Shown here in pieces: positions 23,881 to 25,324 of a stretch of 25,324 nt of DNA. The stretch is taken from NCBI GenBank assembly GCA_028678885.1, contig JAJRCP010000022.1:1-25324 (forward strand), in the 5' to 3' direction. A program made the translations under genes and the position numbers. The notes under the pieces are model-generated. The model did not search any database. It was not told where the DNA came from and worked only from the letters and a program-made list of their open reading frames with translations. How positions within the stretch are numbered: the stretch's first letter is position 1; each line of letters starts with the position of its first letter. The DNA comes from Methanomicrobiales archaeon. GTDB taxonomy: Archaea; Halobacteriota; Methanomicrobia; Methanomicrobiales; JACTUA01.

Positions 23881-25324
23881 ATGACACTGATCACCACACT
23901 CGCCCAGTTTTCGGAAATACGTACCTCCATTAACCAAGTGGAGTACACAAACTCTTCGGAGGGACCAATCGTCCATCTCTTCGGAAGGAATGAGCTGGGG
24001 AAACTTGTGCACCTCGAAGTGACGGGTTTTCGCCCCTATTTCTACATTCCGGCGGAACAGGCAGAAAGGATGGCTCATCCACCAATGGTCGAAGTGGAAA
24101 CAGGCGTCACCTATACTTCTATCAAAGGTGTGCCACTACACCGGCTCTATACCATGAGGCCGACCGATGTGCGTGATATCCGAGAGCGGTATGAGCATTA
24201 CGAAGCAGATATCCCCTTTACCACACGGTTCATGATTGACCATGCTCTAACAAGCGGGGTGGTTGCTCCGTCATTGCATACGGACTATCACACCCTTGTG
24301 CCCGCGGATGTGCCGGCTCCTGCCCGGGTCTGTATTCTCGATATTGAGTGTGATGATTCCCGGGGATTCCCCTCCCCCGAAAAGGATCGTATCATCTGTA
24401 TCACCTGCTGGGATTCATTCGAAGATGATTATGTGACTTTTTTCCTTGAGAGCTGCACCCCGCTGGATGTGTATGCTCTGAAAGCCCGTGGAGGGTTAAA
24501 AAATGGCTGTTTCAGGGACGGGACGCATACCATCTGTTCTTATACCGATGAAAAAAAGATGCTGGAAGGGCTTATTGAATATTTTTCCCGTCGGGATCCC
24601 GATGTTGTAAGCGGATGGAACTTCCTGGGGTTCGACCTTCCTTATATTAGTAACAGGATGAGCACACTCGGACTCTCACCAGAGTCCCTCGCCCGTTTGC
24701 CGGAACGGGTAGAAAGAAGTGCCCTGCGGGGACGTGCTCTGTTTGACCTCCTGGATGCCTATAAAAAAATGCACGGAGCCCAGAAAGAGTCCTATCGCTT
24801 GGATTCGATCGCAGAAGAGGAACTGGGCGAACGAAAAGTGCGATATCAGACGACGCTCTCGCAGCTATGGAAAGAACATCCTGATAGTCTGATCGAGTAT
24901 AATTTCAAGGACGTAGAGCTCTGTGTCGCGATCGACCGGAAGAACAAGATTATCGACTTTTATCGGGAGATCGCCCGGTATGTGGGGTGCCCCCTGGACC
25001 GTACCCTGAACTCTTCAAATGTAATCGACATCTACATTCTTCGGAAGGCGCATTCTATCTTTGTACTCCCCTCCAAAGGATACGCACCGGCAGAAGAGTT
25101 TGAGGGGGCTACCGTATTTGATCCCACAAGGGGTATCAAGGAGAACGTAGTGGTACTGGACCTAAAATCGCTCTATCCCATGGCCATGATGACCATCAAT
25201 GCCTCTCCTGAGACAAAAGATCCGAAGGGAGAGTTACGGGCACCAAATGGAGTCCGGTTTCGCGACCGTCCTGATGGTCTGATACGCAGTATAATCAGCG
25301 AACTCCTTACAGAACGGGAAAAAA
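23881..25324 (+). CDS. polB: Family B DNA polymerase (archaeal PolB3-like), 3'-truncated by the window edge
   Basis: Not in the ORF track. The frame from ATG 23881 is open to the end (481 codons): FRPYFY and YEADIPFTTRF (uracil pocket), ExoI ILDIEC, ExoII SGWNFLGFDLPY, SYRLDSIA, ExoIII EYNFKDV and motif A VLDLKSLYP. Confidence 0.97.
   Translation, partial: MTLITTLAQFSEIRTSINQVEYTNSSEGPIVHLFGRNELGKLVHLEVTGFRPYFYIPAEQAERMAHPPMVEVETGVTYTSIKGVPLHRLYTMRPTDVRDIRERYEHYEADIPFTTRFMIDHALTSGVVAPSLHTDYHTLVPADVPAPARVCILDIECDDSRGFPSPEKDRIICITCWDSFEDDYVTFFLESCTPLDVYALKARGGLKNGCFRDGTHTICSYTDEKKMLEGLIEYFSRRDPDVVSGWNFLGFDLPYISNRMSTLGLSPESLARLPERVERSALRGRALFDLLDAYKKMHGAQKESYRLDSIAEEELGERKVRYQTTLSQLWKEHPDSLIEYNFKDVELCVAIDRKNKIIDFYREIARYVGCPLDRTLNSSNVIDIYILRKAHSIFVLPSKGYAPAEEFEGATVFDPTRGIKENVVVLDLKSLYPMAMMTINASPETKDPKGELRAPNGVRFRDRPDGLIRSIISELLTEREK

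Noticed and set aside
2696-25324. Apparent uracil theme (UDG, dcd, pyrD/pyrK, PolB uracil pocket)
   Set aside because: The genes are spread across separate transcription units and are common housekeeping functions; co-occurrence in 25 kb is unremarkable.
1-25324. CRISPR arrays, tRNA or rRNA genes, and Sec/Pyl read-through
   Set aside because: I saw no regularly spaced repeats or tRNA T-loop/cloverleaf in the spacers. No gene needs stop-codon read-through, and MsrB has a normal catalytic Cys.

Overview
Gene-dense window from a euryarchaeal chromosome, most plausibly a methanogen of the Methanomicrobiales type. This is inferred from an archaeal-type ThrRS, a group I GGGP synthase, gatCAB, an XPD helicase, a B-family polymerase with a uracil-pocket motif and very short leaders. 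I support 22 protein-coding genes. Two of them, an aspartase/fumarase-family lyase at the left edge and polB at the right edge, are missing from the supplied ORF track because they run off the window; I translated them by hand. Several supplied ORFs need later start codons. Layout: (1) a left block at 1-3979 that looks accessory: AspA/FumC-family lyase, small coiled-coil protein, Fpg/Nei glycosylase, family-4 UDG and an MBL-fold hydrolase; (2) a 12-kb minus-strand run, purB - AsnB-like - gatC - gatA - gatB - topA - GGGPS - trmJ - dcd - thrS; (3) xpd - ogt - mobA - methyltransferase, then msrB, pyrK/pyrD, mdh and polB. I saw no rRNA, tRNA, CRISPR array, transposase, integrase or intein. The best leads are a candidate base-excision-repair module with an atypical Fpg, a TopA with four C-terminal HhH-like repeats, a glutaminase-less AsnB-like gene coupled to gatCAB, and a structured 160-nt spacer in front of mobA. 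All are hypotheses; no database search or folding was run, and family consensus motifs are quoted from memory.
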